Virus genome (UHGV): UHGV-0277874
Origin: a virus
DNA length: 17,687 nucleotides
Direction: 5' to 3' (one strand)
Shown here: one piece after another, positions 1 through 8,310 of the stretch
Layout of the letters: each line of letters opens with the position of its first letter
Numbering within the stretch: the stretch's first letter is position 1
Program-made: the position numbers and the translations under genes
The notes under the pieces: generated by a model
Told to the model about the DNA's origin: nothing
The model's database searches: none
What the model saw: only the letters and a program-made list of their open reading frames with translations

Positions 1-588
1 CTCACCGTCGCCGCAGTAAATGGCGGCATGATTCGGCACCGATGAACCAAAACAGCACAGCAGCACATCGCCCGGCTGCGCCGCTGACAACGGCACCTGA
101 TACAGCCCTGTGGCCTCCAGATTATCCAGATAGAGATTCTGGCCGTTACACCACCAGTCATCCTCACGATGAAAGTCCGGCATCTCAATCCCCGCCAGAT
201 GATAAGCATCCCGGAACAGCGTGTAACAGTCCGTCACCCCGTGCTCAAAGCGCCGCCCGGTAAGATGCGGCACACAGCGGAATTTATGAATCTCACCCCG
301 GCAGACCAGCCACCAAGGCAAATCGCTCTGCACCTGCAGCCGCCTGTCAGCCTCACTCAGCCAGGGCAGACCACCGGGGTGGCTGTGGACCAGCGCCACA
401 ATCTCACCCTGCATCTCTGCCCGCAGCCAGTCCTCCGGCGACATCCGGAAATACGCCTCCGGCTCACCGGAGATATTCACGCAGGGAAAATATCTTTCCC
501 CTTCCGGCGTTCTCACCACGAAGCCGCACGACTCCGCTGGCGCACATCGCCGGGCGTGCGCCAGAATCGCTGATTCTGTCTGTGTCAT
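1..588 (-). CDS. K: Tail assembly protein K (lambda gpK-like, JAMM/MPN plus NlpC/P60); 3' end runs off the window start
   Basis: Minus-strand ATG at 588-586, a few nt after the L stop. Translation begins MTQTESAILAHARRCAPAESCGFVVRTPEGERYFPCVNISGEPEAYFRMSPEDWLRAEMQGEIVALVHSHPGGLPW (HSHP metal-binding motif) and reaches LCCFGSSVPNHAAIYCGDGE at position 1 with no stop seen. Matches lambda K as recalled, and L-K order is as in lambda. Not in the ORF track because it has no stop inside the window. Confidence 0.85.
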   Translation of the reverse strand, partial: MTQTESAILAHARRCAPAESCGFVVRTPEGERYFPCVNISGEPEAYFRMSPEDWLRAEMQGEIVALVHSHPGGLPWLSEADRRLQVQSDLPWWLVCRGEIHKFRCVPHLTGRRFEHGVTDCYTLFRDAYHLAGIEMPDFHREDDWWCNGQNLYLDNLEATGLYQVPLSAAQPGDVLLCCFGSSVPNHAAIYCGDGE

Positions 589-592
589 GGGA

Positions 593-1291
593 TTACTGCG
601 AAAGTTTGTTAATGGAAAGGAAGCCGCCAAAGTTGCCGACGTTATTGCGAAACTTACAGCCGCTCAGGCATTTGCTGCATTTATCCTTCGTGATATCGGA
701 CGTCGGCTGGTCATATTCATCCGCGACAGCCGGACCATGATAACCGCACTCATCACCGCGATAGGTCCAGGTGCAGGTGTTGGCCAGCATGATGCGCCCC
801 GGAAAAACAGCACCATCCGTTTCCGTCGGTGTGGAGAGCACAAAGGAGGCACTGACCGCACTCAGTTCGCTGCACTGCTCGATGCGCCAGAGGCTGATCA
901 CCTCCTGCTCCGGATCGGCGTCGCTGTTTCCGTTGACGAAGTTCACCGCATCCAGAAAACGGGCGTAAACCTTACGCCTGACCACCGTTCCGCCGACCAG
1001 ACTCTGCAGGTCTTCCGCCATCCCGGTGACCATGCCGTGCAGGTTAGAGACCGTCAGTGTCGGACGGGCAGCACTGCCCTTACCGTTCAGTTCAAATCCC
1101 GTCCCCTGAATGGGGTATGCCTGATACTGCCGCCCCTGCCAGGTGACCGGCTCACCTTTTTCGTTCTGCTCATTACAGAAAAAATAACGTTCACCACCGA
1201 CCTCTGTCAGATCGATTTCCCAGAGCACCACCAGGGCTGACTGAGTAAGGCGTGTCGTCTCATGATGTGTTTCCTGTGGAATATCCTGCAT
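593..1291 (-). CDS. L: Minor tail protein L (lambda gpL-like)
   Basis: 232-aa ORF; MQDIPQETHHETTRLTQSALVVLWEIDLTEVGGERYFFCNEQNEKGEPVTWQGRQYQAYPIQGTGFELNGKG... and C-terminus ...KDKCSKCLSGCKFRNNVGNFGGFLSINKLSQ are near-identical to lambda gpL as recalled; same length; sits between M and K. Confidence 0.95.
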   Translation of the reverse strand: MQDIPQETHHETTRLTQSALVVLWEIDLTEVGGERYFFCNEQNEKGEPVTWQGRQYQAYPIQGTGFELNGKGSAARPTLTVSNLHGMVTGMAEDLQSLVGGTVVRRKVYARFLDAVNFVNGNSDADPEQEVISLWRIEQCSELSAVSASFVLSTPTETDGAVFPGRIMLANTCTWTYRGDECGYHGPAVADEYDQPTSDITKDKCSKCLSGCKFRNNVGNFGGFLSINKLSQ

Positions 1292-1300
1292 CAGGGCCTC

Positions 1301-1630
1301 CTATGCCACGACCTGTTCAAAATCTGCCGTTATGGTTACCCACAGCGCCCCCACGCTTGCCGACCATTTACGACAAACCACCCTGATCGGCCTCCAGTCA
1401 TAAGGTGGCGTCCACTGAAATGCGCGGACGCCACCGTGCCGTTCCAGAAAGGCTTTTAAAGATGGGTGTTCACATTTACGAACACGTATCGTCACGCTGT
1501 AAGTCGACAACTGGTTATTCAGTCCCGCCGCACGACGCTGTTCATAACCATCGCCCAGCTTCACTGTCACCACTTTCGGCTCTGATACCACATTCATATC
1601 CGGGCGCACTTTCCAGTGAAACGTCTCCAT
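1301..1630 (-). CDS. M: Minor tail protein M (lambda gpM-like)
   Basis: 109-aa ORF METFHWKVRPDMNVVSEPKVVTVKLGDGYEQRRAAGLNNQLSTYSVT...WTPPYDWRPIRVVCRKWSASVGALWVTITADFEQVVA, same length and pattern as lambda gpM. Its ATG shares one base with the H stop (TGATG). Confidence 0.95.
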   Translation of the reverse strand: METFHWKVRPDMNVVSEPKVVTVKLGDGYEQRRAAGLNNQLSTYSVTIRVRKCEHPSLKAFLERHGGVRAFQWTPPYDWRPIRVVCRKWSASVGALWVTITADFEQVVA

Positions 1631-4600
1631 TACCGATATGCTCCACTAAACCGACCACCATCACGGGCCTGCTGTTGCATAAAGTCCGCTGCCGCTTTTT
1701 TCCCAAGGTCATAAACCACCTTCAGGGCAGCCGGACCTATCTGCCCGTTCGTGCCATCGTTATTGATCTCGATGTTGTACTGCGGGGCAAACATCGCCAT
1801 ACCTGAACCACCAATATCCGCCACAACCCCCAGCTTACCGTCAGCACCACGACGCAGTGGCAGAATGGCTTCAGGTCCAGCTTCCCCCATCACACCCGCG
1901 CCTTTTGCAAAAGCAAAAAACGTCGGACGGTTAACCACCGTGCCACTGTAGCGACTCAAATCAGCCGACTGATAAACACCGCCATCAGCATTAGCTACAA
2001 AATCAAAAGGCAGCGCGGAAGCAATGCCTTTTACCGCTTTCATTAAAGCTATCTGAGCCATGATTCTGGACATATCTGACAGCACAGAAGAGGTGAAGGA
2101 TTTGAAATTGAGTTTGCCTGTAGTACAGAATGTCGCCAGCCAGTCACTCATGCTACTGAACGCAGACGTGAACAACTGTTCCACTGTCCCGGCTGTGTTA
2201 TCCGCATTCTCAGTGACATTCTGGAGTGCACGCAGGACTCCGTTTTTCCAGTCCCCCTGAGCAATTTCAAGCTGTTGCCAGTAACGGCGATTCTCATTCA
2301 GTTGTCGGTTCAGGCTCTCCGTCAGCGCCTGCTCGGCCTTTCTGTAGTCATCCGTGTTATATGTCCCTTTCTGCTCACTATCCCGCCTCAACTGCTCCAG
2401 CTGTTGCTGGTATTTCTGGCGAAGACTCAGTTGTACCTGATATCGCTGCCGCTGCTGATCACCCATACCCACCGTGGCGATATCCAGGTCATGTTGCTGA
2501 CGCTGAGCACGCTCTTCTTCAGCCAGTTGACTGGTCAGCTGAATTGTTTTTTTCTTCAGCTCGTTGAGTGCCGTCTGTTTCTGAAGCTCCTGCTGTTTTA
2601 CATCCAGCAGCGTCAGTGCCTGAATCAGTTCATCTTTACGGGCCAGCACACTCTTTTCATCTGCCGTCAGTTTTTTCCCGTCCAGGTCGCTGATGCGCTG
2701 CTGCAGAGCCAGAAGCTGTTTATGCGCTTCTGTCATCTTTTCAGTGGCAATGCCTGCTGACTGTCTTGCAGCAGCAATCTGCCCTTCCACCTGTGCCTGT
2801 TGCTGACTGTACTGCAGCAATAACCGGGTGGCCTCATCATTACGGGTTTCGCGTGTTTTTTTCTTACCGGATGCCAGGGCTTTCTCGTAACGTTCATTTT
2901 CACGTTGTATCGCCGCATCCCTGACAGCCTGGTCGGCGTACTGCATGGCATTAATACGCGCAATTTCACGCTGATGTCGTGCTGCTTCCGTTTCATTCAT
3001 CCGGTTCAGTGCAGCATTTTCAGCATTACGTCGTTTCTGTTGCTCCTGATAATTCCGCTCTGCCTGCTCTTTTGCATCCTGCAAATCCTTCTGGCGTTTT
3101 TTCTCCTGAAGATCGTTCAGACGCTGCTGATCGTATTCAACCTGAGAAGATGATGCCGTCCAGGGGAGTCTTTTCGCCCGCGACACTTTCTCCTGTAAAG
3201 CGGCAATCTGTTCATCCAGCGAGTCTTCACGACCAATATTCATGGCCGCATCCCAGAAACGACTCCACAAATCAGACAGATACTTCAGCGTACTGCCAAG
3301 CGCATTGAGGTTATTATCAATATCCGCAGTACGCCGACCGGTTTCCTCTGCCAGTGCAGACATGGCTATCCGTGCAGCATCACTGGACCGTCCCTGATCC
3401 CCAAGGACACGTATCTGCTCAAGCTGAGTGGCAGTAAGAAAATGCAGCTCATTGTCCAGAGCCTTCGCGGCATTTACAGGATCATCCTTCAGCCGCTTAA
3501 ACTGATTTATGGTATCGCTGACCGACTGGCCAACCGATCGCTCCATCTGTGCGGCAGCTCTCGCCACCATACCGATATCGTTTCCACGAAATGCACCACT
3601 CCCCACCACCTGAGCCAGCGCACCGGCTGCAGCATGTTGCGTGATACCATTCCCGGAAATAGCACGACTAAGCGTCCACAGCTGCCCGGCAGTGACTCCG
3701 GCATAATGCCCCGTCAGCGACAACTGGCGGTTAAATTCTTCCCCCTCCTTCTGACCGTCATACCAGGCTTTACCCAGACCATAGACGGCCGCGGCAATAC
3801 CGCCAATAACCCCACCTGGCATCATGCCTTTCGGTGACATCAGTGTGTCTATCCATCCGGCACGGTTAGCCAGCGTTATCCCGGATCCCCTCAGCGCACC
3901 TAAATTGCCGCGAGCCAGTTCACCTATCAGAACGCCTATCTCCTGGCGGGCCGCTGCACTTTTCAGACCCAGCGAATGCGTGGCTTTTCCTGCCTGCTCC
4001 ATTTTGCGGATATACACTTCTGCAGCACTGCTTACCCCCAGCTGGGCAGCCTTAGCACGAAGCAACTCAGAAGAAGAAAGATTCTGGCGGGTTGCCTGCT
4101 CTTTAAGCTGACGGATAAACGCCACTTTCTGTCGGGTAGCCTCTTCCTCAGCCTGTGTAAGAACACGGGTTTTCGCCGTAACCTCAGAAATCAGCGCCAG
4201 ATAATCCTGCTGACCAATCCCGCCACTGTTTCTGGCCTGTCGGATCTGCTGCTGAATACGCTGTAATTCCTGCAGACCCGCACTGGCCTGTTTCACACTG
4301 TCAATCTGACGATAAAACGCAGCAGCCGCTTTATCCTGAGCCTCCGCCAGAGCCATGGCCTGCGCCTGTTCCTCGCGCATTTTCTGGCTCAGCGCCTCCA
4401 TGCGCTGGCGGGTTTTCTCCACCTCGCGGGCCATGCGTTCATGAGCCTGTGCGTTCTTCTCCACCGTCTGCGCATGGACGGATGCGGCTGTTGCAGCCGA
4501 AGACGCCGCCTGCGTTGTCTGCCGGGCGGCCTGAGTCTGACGCTCCATAAAACGCTGCATACGGGCAGAAGACCGTTCTGCATCGCTGGCTGCACCATTC

Positions 4601-4686
4601 AGAAGGTTTTTGATACGGGGGATTTCATTTTTAAACTCTGCCGCATCAATCCCCAAATCAATGACCAGGTTGGCTATCTGGTCCAT
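1630..4686 (-). CDS. H: Tail tape measure protein (lambda gpH-like), about 1018 aa from the ATG start
   Basis: Track ORF 1630..4716 starts at a TTG. The in-frame ATG at 4686 is preceded by GGAGG (8-nt spacer) and gives MDQIANLVIDLGIDAAEFKNE..., aligning with the lambda H N-terminus MAEPVGDLVVDLSLDAARF. C-terminus ...NNDGTNGQIGPAALKVVYDLGKKAAADFMQQQARDGGRFSGAYR matches the lambda H C-terminus. Long Q/A/E/R-rich coiled-coil interior; located between G-T and M. Confidence 0.9.
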   Translation of the reverse strand: MDQIANLVIDLGIDAAEFKNEIPRIKNLLNGAASDAERSSARMQRFMERQTQAARQTTQAASSAATAASVHAQTVEKNAQAHERMAREVEKTRQRMEALSQKMREEQAQAMALAEAQDKAAAAFYRQIDSVKQASAGLQELQRIQQQIRQARNSGGIGQQDYLALISEVTAKTRVLTQAEEEATRQKVAFIRQLKEQATRQNLSSSELLRAKAAQLGVSSAAEVYIRKMEQAGKATHSLGLKSAAARQEIGVLIGELARGNLGALRGSGITLANRAGWIDTLMSPKGMMPGGVIGGIAAAVYGLGKAWYDGQKEGEEFNRQLSLTGHYAGVTAGQLWTLSRAISGNGITQHAAAGALAQVVGSGAFRGNDIGMVARAAAQMERSVGQSVSDTINQFKRLKDDPVNAAKALDNELHFLTATQLEQIRVLGDQGRSSDAARIAMSALAEETGRRTADIDNNLNALGSTLKYLSDLWSRFWDAAMNIGREDSLDEQIAALQEKVSRAKRLPWTASSSQVEYDQQRLNDLQEKKRQKDLQDAKEQAERNYQEQQKRRNAENAALNRMNETEAARHQREIARINAMQYADQAVRDAAIQRENERYEKALASGKKKTRETRNDEATRLLLQYSQQQAQVEGQIAAARQSAGIATEKMTEAHKQLLALQQRISDLDGKKLTADEKSVLARKDELIQALTLLDVKQQELQKQTALNELKKKTIQLTSQLAEEERAQRQQHDLDIATVGMGDQQRQRYQVQLSLRQKYQQQLEQLRRDSEQKGTYNTDDYRKAEQALTESLNRQLNENRRYWQQLEIAQGDWKNGVLRALQNVTENADNTAGTVEQLFTSAFSSMSDWLATFCTTGKLNFKSFTSSVLSDMSRIMAQIALMKAVKGIASALPFDFVANADGGVYQSADLSRYSGTVVNRPTFFAFAKGAGVMGEAGPEAILPLRRGADGKLGVVADIGGSGMAMFAPQYNIEINNDGTNGQIGPAALKVVYDLGKKAAADFMQQQARDGGRFSGAYR

Positions 4687-5008
4687 AACGCACACCTCCG
4701 GAAATACCTTCCCCAAGATGCATCAGTTCTTCGTCCGTTCGCTCCGGTATCCCGTTCTCTTCCGGTAAAAGGCTGAAATCAGCCACCGCAGCATCACTGC
4801 TGCCGGACACCATTCTCACGATCAATGCCTTCAGCGAGGCAAACTGCGCATCCATCCACACATCACTGAAGCTCTGCATCCGGAAATAATCGCCCCACTC
4901 ACCAAGCTCAGTGGCCGACATTTCCGACAGCATCCGCCGCCAGTCTGCCCGCCGGAACTCCCGGGCAAGCCGCATGACAAACTGCATTTCCCGCGTCAGG
5001 ACTTTTCC
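4658..5008 (-). CDS. T: T segment of tail assembly chaperone G-T, reached only by a -1 ribosomal frameshift from G (not independently initiated)
   Basis: ORF 4658..4987 (…LAREFRRADWRRMLSEMSATELGEWGDYFRMQ…) resembles lambda gpT. It lies in the -1 frame relative to G, and that frame is open from 5020 through the G stop. Candidate slip site GGAAAAG at 5008-5002 (minus strand), one codon before the G stop. Confidence 0.7.
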   Translation of the reverse strand, partial: GKVLTREMQFVMRLAREFRRADWRRMLSEMSATELGEWGDYFRMQSFSDVWMDAQFASLKALIVRMVSGSSDAAVADFSLLPEENGIPERTDEELMHLGEGISGGVRYGPDSQPGH

Positions 5009-5382
5009 GGCGTCAGCGCCTCATGCTCATCATCCCCGGCATTATCAATGGCCCCCATACCGCTCAGCGACAGAACCATCTCCGCCCCCGCACCCAGGGC
5101 ATCATACGACCATGTTGTAATAACGGATGCGCAAAGCGTCTCTACATCCTTAGACTGATCCGCATTCCACAGTGAGCGGGAAACCAGCCAGGCATTGATA
5201 TCCATCCCCATCCGCAGAAAAGCAATCTGTCGTTCAGCCTCCGGCAGTTCTCCCTCACCGGCATCAAACTTTGCCGTTCGCTGCTGAACAAACGCCAGAT
5301 ATTCAATTCTCTGCAGCCCGGACAGCTCACTGAGCACCACGGACTGTTTTTCATAATTAAACGTGCCCTGTTTCAGAAACAT
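4996..5382 (-). CDS. G: Tail assembly chaperone G (lambda gpG-like)
   Basis: Track ORF 4996..5424. Internal start MFLKQGTFNYEKQSVVLSELSGLQRIEYLA aligns with lambda G MFLK...TLSELSALQRIEHLA; GGAG lies 6 nt upstream of this ATG (the ATG at 5385 is an alternative). Position between V and H, with the T frame overlapping its 3' end. Confidence 0.8.
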   Translation of the reverse strand: MFLKQGTFNYEKQSVVLSELSGLQRIEYLAFVQQRTAKFDAGEGELPEAERQIAFLRMGMDINAWLVSRSLWNADQSKDVETLCASVITTWSYDALGAGAEMVLSLSGMGAIDNAGDDEHEALTPEKS

Positions 5383-5442
5383 CATGTTCTCCACCTGCAA
5401 AAAAGCCCCGGATAACCGGGGCAAATGATGAGTATCGTCCTG

Positions 5443-6186
5443 TTAACCTGCGGCGCTGACAGTCACCGCAGCCACAGCCACAAAATTCCCGTCAGCGGTC
5501 ATGCCCACAATGCTGACACTGCCCTGCTTCACGCCTTTCACCGTGGCTACAAGCCCGTTCAGGGTCACCGTGGCAGTCTGTGGATCTGACGAATGCACAC
5601 TGATCGCTTTGTCACTGGCTCCGTCAGGTTTTACTGTAAAGGTCAGCGTGGTGGTTGCTCCCACTTTTACACTGGCAGATGCCGGTGCCACCGTCAGCCC
5701 GGTAACGCTCACTGTTTCAGTGCCTTCCTCTGCCAGATACGGACGCCCCACACCGCTGATTTTCACAGTGCGGGTCATCACGTCTTTTGAGGCAATGGTT
5801 TTACCCAGTGAACTCAGCCAGCCACGGAAAACATCAACAGTACCGTTGGGATATTTGATACGAAACGCGCAGACTTCACCGGAGTCGAACAACTGAACCA
5901 GTTTTTTCTGCCCGCTGTCACCCGGACGCCAGGCCAGCGTCGCCGAAGTATCACCGACTGATTTCTGCCCCTGGGTTGTCGTTTTCCAGTCTGCATCTTC
6001 ATCATCGAGATAAGTGTCATCTTCTGCATCAGCGGTCATTTCGCCAGGTTGCAGATCCTTCACCATCGCAAGACGCAGCCAGTCAGTGTCCGACAAAGGA
6101 TTCGCAAACGCATCGCCGTTGCCGGTATACATCCAGAACGTCGTCCCCGCACCTTTCGTCTTTGCCAGTGGATTTGGTGTGGTCAT
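5443..6186 (-). CDS. V: Major tail tube protein V (lambda gpV-like) with C-terminal Ig-like (Big_2) domain
   Basis: Start at ATG 6186 preceded by AAGGAGGTGGTA. MTTPNPLAKTKGAGTTFWMYTGNGDAFANPLSDTDWLRLAMVKDLQPGEMTA...YLDDEDADW...FRIKYPNGTVDVFRGW... closely matches lambda gpV. C-terminal segment ...VTGLTVAPASASVKVGATTTLTFTVKPDGASDK... is Ig-like as in lambda V. 247 aa versus 246 in lambda. Confidence 0.9.
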   Translation of the reverse strand: MTTPNPLAKTKGAGTTFWMYTGNGDAFANPLSDTDWLRLAMVKDLQPGEMTADAEDDTYLDDEDADWKTTTQGQKSVGDTSATLAWRPGDSGQKKLVQLFDSGEVCAFRIKYPNGTVDVFRGWLSSLGKTIASKDVMTRTVKISGVGRPYLAEEGTETVSVTGLTVAPASASVKVGATTTLTFTVKPDGASDKAISVHSSDPQTATVTLNGLVATVKGVKQGSVSIVGMTADGNFVAVAAVTVSAAG

Positions 6187-6196
6187 TACCACCTCC

Positions 6197-6598
6197 TTAA
6201 TTCGTGTACGTGATCTGGTACGTGATTTCCGCCATCGCCCAGGTGGCCATCTCATTATCACGTTGATAGTTAAAACCGAGTGGGATCAGGGTGTCGATGA
6301 GTCCGGAAAGTGCCGGTATATCATTCAGGGCAGGAAAAATGGTGCTCTCCATCCACATATCCAGCTCTGAATCCGGTGCCTGTGCCCGGATGAAGACGGC
6401 AATATGCAGAACAGCCTGCCAGTCATCTTCATCCGTCATTTTTCCGGTGTACTGAGCATCACTCAGCCACACCGCCACGGCGGGCAGTTCCTGCGCATCA
6501 ATAAATGCCGGAAGCCCGTCAAAAAACGTGGCGCTGTCTCCACACTGTTCCCGAAGGCGTGCCAGTACGACCTGGCGGATTTGTGTATGTCGGTTCAT
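6197..6598 (-). CDS. U: Tail terminator protein U (lambda gpU-like)
   Basis: From internal ATG (residue 5 of track ORF 6197..6610): MNRHTQIRQVVLARLREQCGDSATFFDGLPAFIDAQELPAVAVWLSDAQYTGKMTDEDDWQAVLHIAVFI...ITYQITYTN aligns with lambda gpU (MKHTELRAAVLDALEKHDTGATFFDGRPAVFDEADFPAVAVYLTGAEYTGE...). ATGA overlap with the Z-frame stop, as in lambda Z/U. Confidence 0.9.
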   Translation of the reverse strand: MNRHTQIRQVVLARLREQCGDSATFFDGLPAFIDAQELPAVAVWLSDAQYTGKMTDEDDWQAVLHIAVFIRAQAPDSELDMWMESTIFPALNDIPALSGLIDTLIPLGFNYQRDNEMATWAMAEITYQITYTN

Positions 6599-6738
6599 CG
6601 GGTCAGCCATAATCTCAGTTGTTGTTTCAGTGCATACCCCAGCTGTTTCGGCATTTCCGCAGCAATGATGCGGTCGCGGGCATCTTCAAATGCCTGTGTC
6701 AGCGGTCCGGACAGCGGGATTTTCACTACCGACGGGCT
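6595..6738 (-). pseudogene. Z: 3'-terminal remnant of a tail completion gene Z homologue (about 45 codons, no start, 5' part missing)
   Basis: Minus-strand frame translates ...SVVKIPLSGPLTQAFEDARDRIIAAEMPKQLGYALKQQLRLWLTR*, matching the lambda gpZ C-terminus (...VVKIPMAVPLTTAFKQNIERIRRERLPKELGYALQHQLRMVIKR). That frame is closed by an in-frame TAA at 6741-6739, and the upstream DNA is the capsid-fusion ORF in another frame. Confidence 0.7.
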
Positions 6739-8297
6739 TTATCCAGCGATGCCACGTCCATTGCAGCGCTCTCCAGTACGTTTGCATGTTTCGCTTTATC
6801 GAACAGACTTACATTATCTGTGGAGATTTTCGGGTTAGACGTCAGAATGGCATAAACCAGATCGGCAATAGTGGATTTCGCCGCACGGCCCAGTTTCATC
6901 GGGACATCGGTCAGCATATTCAGATCATCATTGATAATGGCCTGACGGGTGATACTGAACAGCTCGCCATAGGTCGCCAGTGCAATAGTGGCCTGTTTAT
7001 CTCCGGTGGTGACGTATTTATATTCCGCCCCTTCACGCACCTGACGCAGAGCACTGAAGCCCCCCATACCCACACGATGGGCAATTTTAAAATCAGACAA
7101 CTGACCTTTCCGCGTCCACTGTTCATAGGTTTCAGGGGCATCTTCCCAGCCCTGCAGAATGGCTTTGTTTGCAACATCCAGCAGAATATTACCGAAGTCA
7201 GACGTACTGTGTGTGAACGCCGCACCGACCATCTGCATCGGGTTATAACTGGAAACCCCAATACCCCGTTCAGTCAGTGACATACGGGCATATTCACGCA
7301 GGGTCATCCCGTTGTAGACATTATCACGTTCGGTTTTTTCAAATCCGGCACGCGCCATCAGCGCCTGGCGGATCCCGTCCCCCACAAAATTACCGTTACC
7401 GGCATAAATATGAGCCGGGGTATTTTTATTGGATGGCGTGGACTCGCGCCCCATCTCGTTCAACAGCTTTTCGCGGGCCTGCTCCAGCGAACATTCAGGA
7501 TCGGCAAGACACTGAGCCTGCAGCGTCTGATAACGCCCGCCAAACATGGCAAACAGATCATTAATACCGTTTACACGCGCTTTTTGCTCTGCCAGTACCT
7601 GCGCACGGATACTGTTTTCATCCACCACGGGTGCTGCTGCCTGCACTGGCGTCCGGGAGGCTGCAGGTTCATCATCCTGTACGCGTGGAGCACTGTTGCG
7701 TGGCGGAGTAATCATGTTTCGAATGGATTCCGGCATCTTTTTAAATTCCTCTGTACGTTTTGACTGAATACATGCCATTGCCTTAACGGCTGGCGTCACC
7801 TGATCAGCAAATCCATGTGCCAGACATTCGGCACCGGACATCCAGGTCTCATCCGCCAGCATGGCAGCAATTTCATCGGTGGTTTTCCCGGTTTTCTGTG
7901 CATAAGCGGGTAACAGAACCGCCTCAACCTTATCGAGCAGGTCGGCATAGGTGCGCATGTCCTCCGCATCACCGCCCGTAAAGCCAAATGGTTTATGAAT
8001 CATCATGAAGGTGTTTTCCGGCATAATGACCGGGTTTCCCACCATCGCAATGACCGACGCCATTGACGCCGCCACACCGTCGACATAAACGGTAATGGAT
8101 GCACCATGTGTTTTCAGCGCATTAAAAATGGCGATGCCTTCAAAGACATCGCCACCCGGTGAATTGATATGGAGATTAATGTGGGTGATATCGCCCAGTG
8201 CATTCAGATCACTGATAAACTGCTTCGCTGTAACACCCCAGAAACCAATCTCGTCATAAATATAAATATCCGCGTCACTCTGGTGACCAGCCTGCAT
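6726..8297 (-). CDS. ClpP-family prohead protease fused to scaffold-like and major-capsid-like sequence (Gifsy-2-type multi-part head gene); probably 3'-truncated
   Basis: Track ORF 6726..8558 begins at a TTG inside the portal gene. The first ATG after the portal stop (8297) gives MQAGHQSDADIYIYDEIGFWGVTAKQFISDL...INSPGGDVFEGIAIFNALK...MASVIAMVG..., a ClpP/S14-like protease domain. This is followed by a helical linker and a segment (…TYGELFSITRQAIINDDLNMLTDVPMKLGRAAKSTIADL…) that I judge to be HK97-fold capsid-like. The ORF stops (TAG 6728-6726) exactly at the junction with the Z remnant. Confidence 0.65.
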   Translation of the reverse strand: MQAGHQSDADIYIYDEIGFWGVTAKQFISDLNALGDITHINLHINSPGGDVFEGIAIFNALKTHGASITVYVDGVAASMASVIAMVGNPVIMPENTFMMIHKPFGFTGGDAEDMRTYADLLDKVEAVLLPAYAQKTGKTTDEIAAMLADETWMSGAECLAHGFADQVTPAVKAMACIQSKRTEEFKKMPESIRNMITPPRNSAPRVQDDEPAASRTPVQAAAPVVDENSIRAQVLAEQKARVNGINDLFAMFGGRYQTLQAQCLADPECSLEQAREKLLNEMGRESTPSNKNTPAHIYAGNGNFVGDGIRQALMARAGFEKTERDNVYNGMTLREYARMSLTERGIGVSSYNPMQMVGAAFTHSTSDFGNILLDVANKAILQGWEDAPETYEQWTRKGQLSDFKIAHRVGMGGFSALRQVREGAEYKYVTTGDKQATIALATYGELFSITRQAIINDDLNMLTDVPMKLGRAAKSTIADLVYAILTSNPKISTDNVSLFDKAKHANVLESAAMDVASLDKARR

Positions 8298-8310
8298 CCT
8301 GAACCAGGAA

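Noticed and set aside
42-1240. Plus-strand ORFs 42..263, 169..573 and 587..1240
   Set aside because: They are antisense to the K and L genes, which have strong lambda homology on the minus strand; Pro/Arg/His-rich, low-complexity translations typical of the reverse frame of GC-rich coding DNA.
4687-4716. TTG-initiated extension of the tape measure ORF, and similar GTG-initiated extension of the portal ORF (9820..9891)
   Set aside because: In-frame ATGs with Shine-Dalgarno sequences or stop/start coupling give N-termini that align with lambda homologues.
2060-4776. Multiple plus-strand ORFs (for example 2275..2760, 3442..3837, 4441..4776) inside the tape measure gene
   Set aside because: Antisense to a 1018-aa minus-strand ORF with conserved lambda-H-like termini; repetitive L/Q/S-rich translations mirror the coiled-coil codons on the opposite strand.
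6404-7763. Plus-strand ORFs 6404..6838, 6690..7280, 7277..7564, 7410..7763 and minus ORF 6920..7261
   Set aside because: They overlap the U gene, the Z remnant and the protease/capsid ORF, which have recognisable domains; no RBS support and implausible composition.
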